This document shows positions 23,171-33,651 of a stretch of DNA of 64,000 nt, one piece after another. The stretch's first letter is position 1. Each line of letters starts with the position of its first letter. The notes under the pieces are model-generated. The model did not search any database, was not told the DNA's origin, and saw only the letters and a list, made by a program, of their open reading frames with translations. Source of the stretch: Curvularia clavata (taxonomy: Eukaryota); the NCBI GenBank assembly GCA_023920165.1, contig CP089277.1, positions 1,984,001-2,048,000 on the forward strand, read 5' to 3'. The translations under genes and the position numbers were made by a program.

Positions 23171-25267
23171 TCACATCACAGCGCAGCCACCGGGACCACT
23201 TCGCGCACGTCGGCGACGGCCAACACCACCTGTGGAACCTGCTCCACCTTCTTCCTCGTCAGCATGCATGAGTTGCGCCTCTCGCGCTCGCCTCCGCCGG
23301 CGCCTTGCTCCTGCACCGCCGACACCAGCTTCTTCGTTGAGCATCATCCAGTCAGCCCACTTACGCTCCAGGCGCGCAGCGGCAGCAAAGTCACCACGCA
23401 AAACGCGCTTGGTATGCTCCTCGACGGTTGGTTGCCAGTTGTGAAAGCACTTGAGCTTGATGATCTCGCGTGGGTATGTAGGTGTTTGTGAAGCAGATCG
23501 AGAGGAAGGCCGGGTGATTTCTGCATTTCTCGAAAGAACCTCGCGAACACCGGTCCAGGTGACATTGGAGCAGTCGTACGCTTCGATGCGAAGACCCACT
23601 TCGGGTCGCTCAGAGTGTTTCAGTCCACGTGCACTCCTGTTACGGTTACGCAGTCTAGAGGCAGCTTCAGCCAGAACGAGATCAGAAATACGTGTGTTGT
23701 CCATTTCCAGTGAGGCAAGGCGAGGGCAGGCCTTCAGGACAGGGAGCATACCAGCATCGCCCAGGTTCTCACAGTATGATATACAAAGATGCCTCAGGTG
23801 CGAAGCACAGGGAGACTCAGCAAGTGTCTTCAAGACTTCGTTTGTCAGTGCGTCGATCTCTTCGATATCCAGATGGGTAAGAACGGGAACGGTAGGCAGC
23901 AGGCTTTTCAGGGCATCATCAGTCAATCCTCCGCACTTGGAGACTTGAAGGCCTTCAAGAAACGGAACGTTATGGACCATGGTCTTTACACCTGCGTCGG
24001 TAATGCTGCGGCAACGGGTGAGATTCAAGTGCTTGAGCCTCCTAGGTGGGACGATGGGCCGGTCTGTGAGTACGTCAATCTCTTCATCAACGCCTTCAAT
24101 CAAAGCAGCCAGTGCTTCGTCGCTGAGACTGTCACAATTCTTTAGGTCGAGCCTTTCTAGGGTGTTGCGCTTGAACAACTCGACCATAAGATCGACGTCG
24201 TCCCAGCCTCTTACTTCACCGGCCTTGATCTCGCGCAATTTTGGACATCCTTCAACTACTCTCTTGAGCCCTCGATTGTCAATGTTGTTGCACCATGAGA
24301 TGTTAAGAACTTCGACCCTGGGGCAGTTTGCACCAAGAATCTTCATAGCTGCGTTGGTTGCACCTGCAAGACCAGACAGGTTGACGTGTACAAGGCGGCT
24401 ATTCTGAAGCAAGAAGCAGTGAATTGATGCCCGATCAATTCGACAACCTTGTAGTGTAAAGTTCTCCAAGTTCTGACAAGACTCGATGAAGCCGTCTTTG
24501 CCCCAGTGCTCTCTTAGCTGGACGCAGCCTCGCAAGTTCAAGTCCCTGACGAACGGCCCGGCCGAAGTAATGATGTTTACGAGAGCATTGGCTGAAATAT
24601 CGCGATAGAACTTGGTGGTGTCGAGGTCGCACCATAGCTGGCCGTCGAAGCACATGGTATACCATGACTTGGAGACACGTGAGCAGCGCACAATCTCTTT
24701 CGGTTCGAGGTACCTGAGGATCTGTATGCGCAGCTCGGCAGGCATCTGTTGCCAAAAGTTGAAGTTGGCCCGTTTTTGGATCTTGTGAATGGGGCGCGAG
24801 AAATAGTCGCCCTCAGCCTCGAGGCCATCTCTGGTGATTGGTCGTCTGGAGGACGGGAGCGGGACCGACGATGGGATGTCGGGCGTCTTCATGCGCAGGC
24901 GGGTTCTCTCGTCCCAAAAAGGCGTACCGGGAGGGCTATTGGCGACGGAGGTAGGAGCTGTAGAGAAGCCATTGGACAACTCGGACGAGTATGAGCTGCC
25001 AAAGGAGGTACCGTAGGGCGAGCCTGGCGATGCCAGCGAGACACAGGACATTGAAGCCTTGCCTCCGCCTCTCAGGCTGTGTGAGCGGGTCCGGCCAAAC
25101 CCCGCCAGGCTTGGAGAGGAGCCCATACGTTGGAGTCCGTTGAGCAGGCGCTGCCTCCCTTTGAGCTTGGGCTGCTCCATGACCATGGGCTCTGGGGAAG
25201 GAGTAGTGGGCGTAGTCTGCGTGTCGTTGTGGTCGACAACCACGGCGTCAATCGAGACTGGTTCCAT
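23171..25267 (-). CDS. F-box/leucine-rich-repeat protein (SCF adaptor)
   Basis: F-box MPAELRIQILRYLEPKEIVRCSRVSKSW followed by cysteine-containing LRRs (LNLRGC, LNISWC, LNLTRC, LCISYC). Intronless, 698 aa. Confidence 0.92.
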   Translation of the reverse strand: MEPVSIDAVVVDHNDTQTTPTTPSPEPMVMEQPKLKGRQRLLNGLQRMGSSPSLAGFGRTRSHSLRGGGKASMSCVSLASPGSPYGTSFGSSYSSELSNGFSTAPTSVANSPPGTPFWDERTRLRMKTPDIPSSVPLPSSRRPITRDGLEAEGDYFSRPIHKIQKRANFNFWQQMPAELRIQILRYLEPKEIVRCSRVSKSWYTMCFDGQLWCDLDTTKFYRDISANALVNIITSAGPFVRDLNLRGCVQLREHWGKDGFIESCQNLENFTLQGCRIDRASIHCFLLQNSRLVHVNLSGLAGATNAAMKILGANCPRVEVLNISWCNNIDNRGLKRVVEGCPKLREIKAGEVRGWDDVDLMVELFKRNTLERLDLKNCDSLSDEALAALIEGVDEEIDVLTDRPIVPPRRLKHLNLTRCRSITDAGVKTMVHNVPFLEGLQVSKCGGLTDDALKSLLPTVPVLTHLDIEEIDALTNEVLKTLAESPCASHLRHLCISYCENLGDAGMLPVLKACPRLASLEMDNTRISDLVLAEAASRLRNRNRSARGLKHSERPEVGLRIEAYDCSNVTWTGVREVLSRNAEITRPSSRSASQTPTYPREIIKLKCFHNWQPTVEEHTKRVLRGDFAAAARLERKWADWMMLNEEAGVGGAGARRRRRRAREAQLMHADEEEGGAGSTGGVGRRRRARSGPGGCAVM

Positions 25268-25901
25268 GACGGCGCGTCGATAAAGGTTCCACGCTGGCCG
25301 GCGAGAAGGAGGCTCGAAAGGGAGAAAAGGGAACGAGCTGAGGCGGACCCGATAGTTGGGTGCGCGGTTTTTGGAGGGCCGCGGATAGCGGGATGCTTAC
25401 TGGGGGAACAATGCCGCCACCCTCTACCAAGCCAACAATGGCGGGGGACGATAGGCTTATCCGCGCCCTAGGTCCGATTGGTCCAGGTCATGTGCTGGGC
25501 ACGTCTGGTCGCTTGACCCCAAAACCAACATCGCGTGAGCAGATGGCCGCCGTAATGACTCTCAAAGTCATGCGACACCATGCAAGAGCGTCCATTTTGT
25601 CTCACTCTTATCCGGCATGGTAGCTGTTATCGTTGAAGGCACAATCACTCCTGGGTCCTGCAGAGTAGCGTTATGCAGGGTCTCCTTCTCCTGGTCTTGG
25701 CAGCACTCTCTCTGCCGCCGCACATTCAGCGGCTCGTGAATTGGACGAATCGAAGCATACCATTGTCCCACAACCCCCACAAAGGCACGTGTAGGGCAAA
25801 GCCAGCGGTTTCTTTTGGAGAATTGGCATGCGCATCTATTACGGGTAGTAAATGGGCAGTCCTCACTATGTACTCTCTGCCCACAGACGCCACGCCACTG
25901 C

Positions 25902-26473
25902 CTATGCTGCAGCTGCAGCTGCTTTCAACTGCTCCAGAAATCTGCTGTGCGTGCCTCTCCAGTTGGCCTCGCATTTCCCCTTGACGGTGCTGACCAGCAT
26001 CCGATTTGCCGTGATCTCCACATCCTCCACTAGGCTCCACTCTCCATGCTCGTCGGTCGTCTTCTTGTGTTCGTCTCCTAAGCTCTCAGTCTTCAAGCAC
26101 TTCCACGTAGTCTTCTGCACCAGTCCCAACGGCGCCTTGATCAGCCACCTTATCCCATCATCCAGATCTGTCATGTGTGCCTCGAATTTCACCGTCGTGT
26201 CCCACAGTCCAGCGGGAAGCGCGTTCATATGGTCGGTGATCTTGTAAATCTTGGTCTCGGGAGTAGCCGGGTCTGAGGGTACAGTCTCGTGGGAGACGTA
26301 CTCAGGGTCAAGGCGAATTAGGAGTTCGTGATTATGAAGCTGCTCTACAGCTTGTGCATATGTTATCGACTGCGGAAGGTGGGTTACGTTGCGAATCGTC
26401 GCCGTGGTATTGAGATCTGATTGTGTTAGAACAATCGCATAGCCGTCTGAGTAGGGAGAACTTTACTGAACAT
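25902..26473 (-). CDS. conserved fungal hypothetical protein (possible SRPBCC/START-like fold)
   Basis: 7-nt first exon (26473-26467) and intron 26466-26417, giving MFNLNTTATIRNVTHLP..LHNHELLIRLDP..KAPLGLVQKTTW..VEDVEITANRML. Confidence 0.7.
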
Positions 26474-27070
26474 GGTCGGAACTCTGGAGGTGCCTTGGAT
26501 CCACGATACGTGCTCTGGTAGTTTTCTGGTAGACGGTTGGGTGCAGGTCTATGATTGTGTAGGCCTCGATGGCGAGTCTAGCTGTGCGCAGATCTACTCG
26601 TTGGCCTTATCCTGCTCGGTTTTGTTCGGGGACCGGCTGTAGTGATATACGGAGAGACGTCCGGCACCTTTAACACGTAACTTTGTTAGGCAATGTTGAT
26701 GCTCCAACAGTTTCATGGAAATAAGCGACTTGTCTCGACATGTTCTGACGGCAATACTGCAACACTTGTAGATGACATCAGCCATGCACTCGAAACACAC
26801 ATGCTGTCTGTGAGCCCGAGCGCTCAAGGAAGCGACTCGTCAAAGTTCCGAACCCACCACAAAATACATGAACACTGTGAATGCATTACATCGTTCTTTG
26901 CTCTGCTCGGCGCGGAGATTAGCTGAACGCGACCGGAACCCGCGGGGCGATGGTGCACTAACGCAGCGTGTTAGGGCCTACCACGACTCCACTCCAGGAC
27001 GTCTACAAATAGTACCAACGCACTTGAGACGGAAAGCAAAACATCATCTTTCAAATACCACTCCTTTACA

Positions 27071-27844
27071 ATGGATAATTTGCTGACCCAAAAGACGCCC
27101 ACGGGCATGGTAATTGCCCAAACAATAGGGATCACGGCGAGTGCATTCTTGTTCGGTAGGTCACCACAAAATCTTATACCTATGCATGTGACGGGCATCT
27201 CCGACAATTGCATACCACCAAAGCAAGATTAAATTGACTGCCTCACAGGAAGCAATACATGCCTCTCTGTCGTCGGTATTTCTACAGCAATGCAAGCGCC
27301 AGCTCCCTTAGCTGTGAAGCAATGGTACTCCATCTTCACTCGAGGCGGCGCAATCGCCCGTCCTCTTGCCATCCTCTCCGCTCTAGCAACTGGCTACATC
27401 GCTTATAACCGTGCGTCGCTTTCCCGCTCTCACTCTACCCTCCCGCGAGCTTAGCATACACATACACGGAAAGAAAGAACGATAGACTGAAACTTTAGAA
27501 CAGAAGATCCTAGCTCCACAGCCTTCCGCCTAAACCTCGCTTCCACCATACTGCTCCCCAGTATTGTTCCTTTTACACTGCTTGTAATTGCTCCCACGAA
27601 TGCTAAGCTCATGGCTAAAAAGGATGAACTTGCGTCTGCGGCTCTGGAGGACAAAGCTGTCGAGGCAAATGCTGCCCAAGGAGAGACGGTGCATGAGCTT
27701 ATGGATCGGTGGGCCACACTTAACATGGCGAGAACCTTGTTAGTAGGTATTGGCGCCGTGTGCAGCGTATTGGCAGCTGCGAATAAGAGGGAGGTTGTGA
27801 GGTTTGGGGGCGCAGCTATCAGGGCTGGAGCGGATAGGATGTAG
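27071..27844 (+). CDS. DUF1772 / anthrone oxygenase-like membrane protein, 3 exons
   Basis: Spliced product has LAVKQWYSIF..IVPFTLLVIAPTNAKL..ELMDRWATLNMAR, the family's typical pattern. Confidence 0.78.
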
Positions 27845-28111
27845 AGGAATGGGGAAAGGTAGAAGCTGATGAGACATTGATGTATGGGGTTATTCGCTTG
27901 AGTGGACTTTTGCAACCCCGAAATTGTTGTACTATTATGAGGTCGGTATTTGTTCCAGAGTCAGAAGAGGAGAATCACAGGGTCACTTGAATATACTTAA
28001 GGACTTATGCTTCAGAGCTGCACCAAACAGAGCGGCATACATAAGTTGCCTAGATACATAAATGAAAAGAATTGAAAATAGGAATCTAGATATGAAGCTT
28101 CCCTGGATATC

Positions 28112-29978
28112 TCACAAGCCGTATACGAACGTGATCTTGTCATCGCCCTCTCTGTTAGGCTTCGCAGCTTCCTCAAGCCAACTGGTAAGCCCATCCAGTT
28201 GTCTAATCGGTTTCGTCACAGCAATGACTCTCCTTAGCCACTGATTGTGTGGCGGGAACGACCCACTGCCTTCAGTCCTCTCTACCTCAATTTCCTCTTC
28301 AGTCCACTCCCTCATAATCATGCTGCGTGCCTTGTTCTCCATCTTTATCCTGCGGTAGAACAGCACATACCCCACAGCTGAGAGCGCTACACAGAGAAGC
28401 GTCCACCAGAAAGGTACAATGTAGCCACTTTCAGCATATTTTGGCTTGAACAGCATAGCCGAGATGACACCAGCTAGATTTCCCCAGCCGTTGATGCCGA
28501 GAAGCAGTGCGCGCTTGCCCGGCGACGGCGTGTTACCAGAAATCCAGGCCACAGTGAGTGGGGATGCTACGTAAGTACCTGAGAGTAGGACGTTGAGGGC
28601 TAGATAGCGAGGTATTGCCCATGAGGCTGGGAAGAGCACGACCAAAACTAATCCCAAAACCATGATGAGCAGGCCGATGAAAACTGGAATGAGTCGTATA
28701 CGATGCTTATCACTGTAAGTAGCAAAAACGTACAGTGTGACAGCCCCGCATAAATGGGGCGGCGCAGTGAGCAGATTGACCAAGGCAGGATCCTTGTTCT
28801 CTGTCAAGGGTGCTAGCACAAGAGGAAGGAAGACAGAAAATGCGTAAACAGGAACGGCAGAAAGAATGTTGCATGCCAGAATGTGCCAGATCTTAGTGTT
28901 GAATATTGCCGACACTACATCCTGAGGAGTGAGTCCACGGTCGTCAACGAGTTGTTGTGCTTGCACACCCGCTGCACTCGAGCGCCTCGATGGGTGCAAA
29001 AGATTACGAGATTCGTCGTCGTACACAGCGTCCGTTTCAGCATCGTCTTTCTGGGCCTTGTCTGGCTCGCTCTGCAAATCTCTGTCTTGAATGACGCGCG
29101 AACAGGCGTATCTGCGCTCTTCAGGTGCAAGGAACCAGGCCTTATCTGCGCTATGGGGCAACCAGAAGTATCCGATGACCGCAATGATGACAGTGAGGCA
29201 TCCCTCCAAGAGGAACAATACCTGCCATGGCTTATACCCTGTCTTTGTATCCTGGCGGTCGGCTCCAAATCGCGAAAACACGAGGTAGCTTAGCAGGCCT
29301 CCAAGTGCACCACCCACGGCTGCTTGGCCGTAAAAGAAAGACAAACGTCTCCCAAATTCGAAGCGCGTGTAGAAGAGCGAAAGGTAGGTGACTGTGACAG
29401 GGTAGAAACCAGCTATGTATGGCGTTAGCTCGCAGTGGTCGGCGGGGCGCGCAAAGAGGGAAATGACGCTACACACCTTCCAGAGCACCGATGAGAATGC
29501 GCAGAGTATACAACTGCCATCTTGCTCGCACCCATGCATGGAGAGCAGTGCACATTCCCCACAGAAGCATACAAGAAGGCACCCAAAGCACCATCCCGTA
29601 TCTTCTTCCCAAGGCAGCACCGAGTGGTTGTAGACCGACGAAGAAGGCGAAGAAGAGAGCGACGGCAGTGTTCAGGGCGTCCTTGTCCAGGCCAACATCT
29701 TCAGTAAAGTGAGCAGACTCTGCATTTCCGATCTATCCAACGTCAGGATGTGTTGCCGCAGCGGTCGTGGGGAAGCCTACATTTGTCTTGTCAAGCGCAT
29801 TGAAGAGGAAGAACAAGGCTAGAAACGGGAGTAACAGGCAGTCAAGCTTCAGGAGTGTTCTTTTGTGTAGACGCAGGTTGATAGGCTGCGCGTCTTGCGG
29901 CTCATCTGTCGACATTGCGCTCGCTGTGGCTCGTGAAGCAGGAGCCTCGGTGAGCTCGTACACCTGGTTGTCGGGCAT
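28112..29978 (-). CDS. MFS transporter, anion:cation symporter family, 3 exons
   Basis: KLDCLLLPFLALFFLFNALDKTN|VGNA, LRILIGALE|AGFYP, YLSLFYTRFE, WQVLFLLEG, SDKHRIR. Confidence 0.88.
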
Positions 29979-30665
29979 ACTGTCGGGACGCCAAGACGAA
30001 GTCCACGCGGACGCATCACAAGGCTTATGGTATCGAACAACATATAGTTTGCACAATGCGCATGAGTCGAGAACATGTTGATGATGGCTGAAGACATGTA
30101 AGACGACAGATCAAGAGACAAGGGCGGTTTCGTTTTGGGCCTAAGACCCTGATGAATGACGTTGTTGATCCGGGTGTAATGGAGATGCTGGATTACCGCC
30201 CAAAAAGGGAAGGTGCCCAACGTTATCGATAAATGCATGTCTCCCAGCGTCAATGTCGCCCGGTACCTGCATGACTTGTGGTTTGCACTGCTTATGATAT
30301 GCCGTATGCACCCGCAAAAGTCCCCAGTCTGATGGACGAGTTCTGACTGTCTAGAACCATTGCTACAATAGGGGTCTTGCGACTTCGTTCACATTGCTTC
30401 CTTGACTCATCACCAGCCAGTTACAGATACTGGCATCATGTTTGCTGCGCATTTGTCCAATATGAGAAGCGAGAGTTGTTCCTAATATCCTTGGTTTGCG
30501 AAAAAATATATAAGACTCTTGATTGGTGGAGAAGTGTACGAGGAAAGGGCACTGTCTCGCTTTGTGTAATGCCATTGAATTGTCTACGACCATATGCCCA
30601 CTACTGATACACAGTCATCTTTGACAAAATCCATCCTTCCCTGCCTTCACTCTGGCATCCCTCGC

Positions 30666-31026
30666 TTACAGCTTGCTGATGAAGAGGCGGGCAGCGAACA
30701 GGCGCACGCGCTGGGGCAGGATGTACTTGGAGAAGACGTAGATGAGCGATGGCAGGAGGATGAAAGCCACGGTGGTCTCGTTGACGAAGAAGAAGGGGAT
30801 AAGCTGGGGCATGGCAGACTTGAGGACCATCTATTATTCATACGTTAGTATCCCAACACTCTCTATCCAATGTCCTTGAGCGGGCCACACTCACCATCTG
30901 CTGGGGGTTGACCTCGGTCTTCTTGGTCTGGCTAGCCACGAGAGCAGGGCGTGCCATGGCGGCGGGACGGACGGCCGTCGGGGCACGGAAGGCCCTCGCA
31001 AAGGGACGGAGGAAACGGGCGTTCAT
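30666..31026 (-). CDS. atp8: nuclear-encoded mitochondrial ATP synthase F0 subunit 8 with N-terminal presequence
   Basis: Exon 1 (31026-30895) encodes an Arg/Ala-rich presequence. Intron 30894-30831. Exon 2 gives MVLKSA-MPQLIPFFFVNETTVAFILLPSLIYVFSKYILPQRVRLFAARLFISKL*, with the MPQL start and RLFISKL end of fungal Atp8. Confidence 0.93.
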
Positions 31027-31326
31027 GGTGGGCTATCTGAGCTTTTGCGGGTCAGCGCGCTGCTGCGGGGTTCCAATGGGCGCGCTGGAGCTTTCGGAGG
31101 GGACAATTGACGTACTGAGTCAGGTCTTGGGAGCCCTGGGAGATGAGCGATGATGGCGTTGCGATCGCGGGAGGTTTCGTGGTGGTGGTGTTGGTACTGC
31201 CGGTCCGCAAAAGCTCGCACAGCTGCAGCGTCGGAAGATGCCGCGTCCGTGCACACCGCTTGGCATCATCTCATCCCATCGACATCTGTCCCGGACTGAA
31301 CCATGACTATTCCCGTGCTCATAGAC

Positions 31327-32348
31327 ATGGCTGTTAAAAAGGTCCTTGTGCTCGGTGTAAGCGAGATGTCATGGTTGTTTGAAGATTCGGACACACTGAC
31401 TGCCTGTAGAACGGGAATCTCTGCCGTTCCATCATCACTGCTCTCTGTGCACATCAATCATTGTATAGTACTTGTGATTACAAGATCACCGTGTTAACAT
31501 ATCCATCTCAAACACTCAAGTTATTGTCCGAGATCTCTACGATTCACCTACAGCACAAAACCTCTGACTTCACATCACCTGCACTGCAAGCAGCATTCAC
31601 CGGCCATGACATCGTCATAAGCACAGTTGCTGGAAGCGATTCGGAGCTGCAGATTCGAATAATCAATGCGGTGATAGCCGCAGGTGTTAAGAGATTCATC
31701 CCTCATGAGTTCAGTCACGACAGTCTGAATGGCCAGCTACAAGCACGCTTACCCAAGCATGCAGAACGGGCAAATGTTATCAGTCATTTGAAGAGTCTAT
31801 CAGAAGGAAACCCAAACCTTGAATGGACCGCAATCTCCACAGGATACACGCTTGACGCCAACCTTCTTAGCGGCGATATGGGTTTCGACATGGAGTGGCA
31901 TAGCGTTACCATTCATGGCACCGGTACAGAATTGTTTGCCGCGTCCAGCCTAACAAGGGTAGGTCAGGTCGTAGCTCGTGTGATAGCCAACTGGGAAAAG
32001 ACCAAATATCAGTACATCTACGCAGCCGGCACAGTGACCTCGGCTAATGAGGTTCTGAGGGCTATTGAGAAGGCCACTGGCCAACAATTCGCTGTAGGAC
32101 ACTATGGAGTGGAAGAGTGCATTGAGGAAGGCCAGAAGAGAATCGAAAGAGGCTACCCTGATTCTGGACTTGCGCTGCTCGAGCGAAGTGTGCTCTACGA
32201 CAAGCAACTGGATGCATCGACGCCTTTCAGGACTCATACCACCAATGATATGCTGGGGCTTGCAGCAGAGTCAGTAGACGCTATAGTTACAGAAGTATAT
32301 CACAGCTTTAGGCGCCTTGGAAAACCGTCCTGTGGTTGTTCAGCATGA
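31327..32348 (+). CDS. NmrA-like / isoflavone reductase family NAD(P)-binding protein
   Basis: MAVKKVLVLG|NGNL (intron near 31357-31409), AFTGHDIVIS..IINAVIAAGVKRFIPHEF, WTAISTG. Confidence 0.82.
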
Positions 32349-33651
32349 GAGTAATAGCACTAGGCTAAATGCCTTTCACGAAAACAACGGAACTCAGTTG
32401 ATCCGTCGCATGCGGGTCAGATTGTTCTCCAAGGACGAACTTTGCCGGCCAACTATCGGATAGTCTCGTGAGAATGGAGCCTGCAAAGCCCAATATTCGC
32501 ACCAATCCTATGACTTCGTATTTGACGTTGTCTGACGAATACATCAGTGAGACGAAAACATTAAGGCGCCTTACACCCAATCCAAAGGTACGCATGGACC
32601 AAAAGCCTCTAAAAGTCCGTACGAATATACTTGAGACCAAATAAGGACCTGGATTTTGACGTATTAAGCCGACTGAAGCCAAAAAAAACTCTACCTCCAC
32701 CCCACCCTCTCTATCTCTGACGATCTACCCGAAAACGCTACAAGCATTATACCCACTACTGCTACGACTAGTACCAAAATAACAACTTCAACATGTGTAG
32801 AGATGCACCAGCCCAGCATCTTTCATCGCACCCCTAGTCCCGCTTTTTGTACGCCCAAACTGTCGGTAACATGTATGCTCGTGCACGCCGTGTTTCAGTA
32901 GGTTTTTTCCAGCGTCTGGTATCAGATCCTGTGTCCCGAAACTTGAGGCCATGTAACGCGAATGCGGATGTTTGACATGCCGAACACTCAGCTGACCAGT
33001 CGTTTTGTGGACCCAGCTTATGTCTTTTGTGGCAGCGTGGCTGGAGCAGTTGTAAAAGTGGGTTGCATGCATGTATGTACCCGATTACAGCACCCGTGGT
33101 TCGCATTTGATGCCTGATGCAGGCAGCAAAATATTATATCTCGATAATCTTAATTGTTTGAACGAAACCGCGCACACAAACAAGACATTGAATGAGAAAG
33201 GAGGGAGAAAGTTGTTGAATGATCCTTTAGACGCATTGATTCGCTGAAAAGCAAGTCTATAACATGAACTAGGGGAATCTACCTAATTGTGATGAAGAGT
33301 TCGAAAGGAGGATTTTTTCGAGAACGACAGGGATAGAGAGATGAGTCCCCCAAAGAAACGAGAAACTAATCTACTGAATGCTGGAAGTCATGACCTCGTG
33401 ACTGCCGCTCGCCAGACTTGGCGTACTGAAAACCCAAGGGAACGCTATAAACAAGAACGCTCAGAAAGGGGACACATGCTAGAAAGACGATTCGAGATGC
33501 TTGCAATTACAAGGAACATTTTCGCTGTCGGGGAAACTAGGGTCGCGGTGAGGAAGCCGTACGGGGTAAGGATAAAAGAAAAAAAAAGAATCCACTTAGT
33601 AGGACAAGGGAACAAAAATGCAAGACAACACCTGGTACGCGCCCGTTGACC

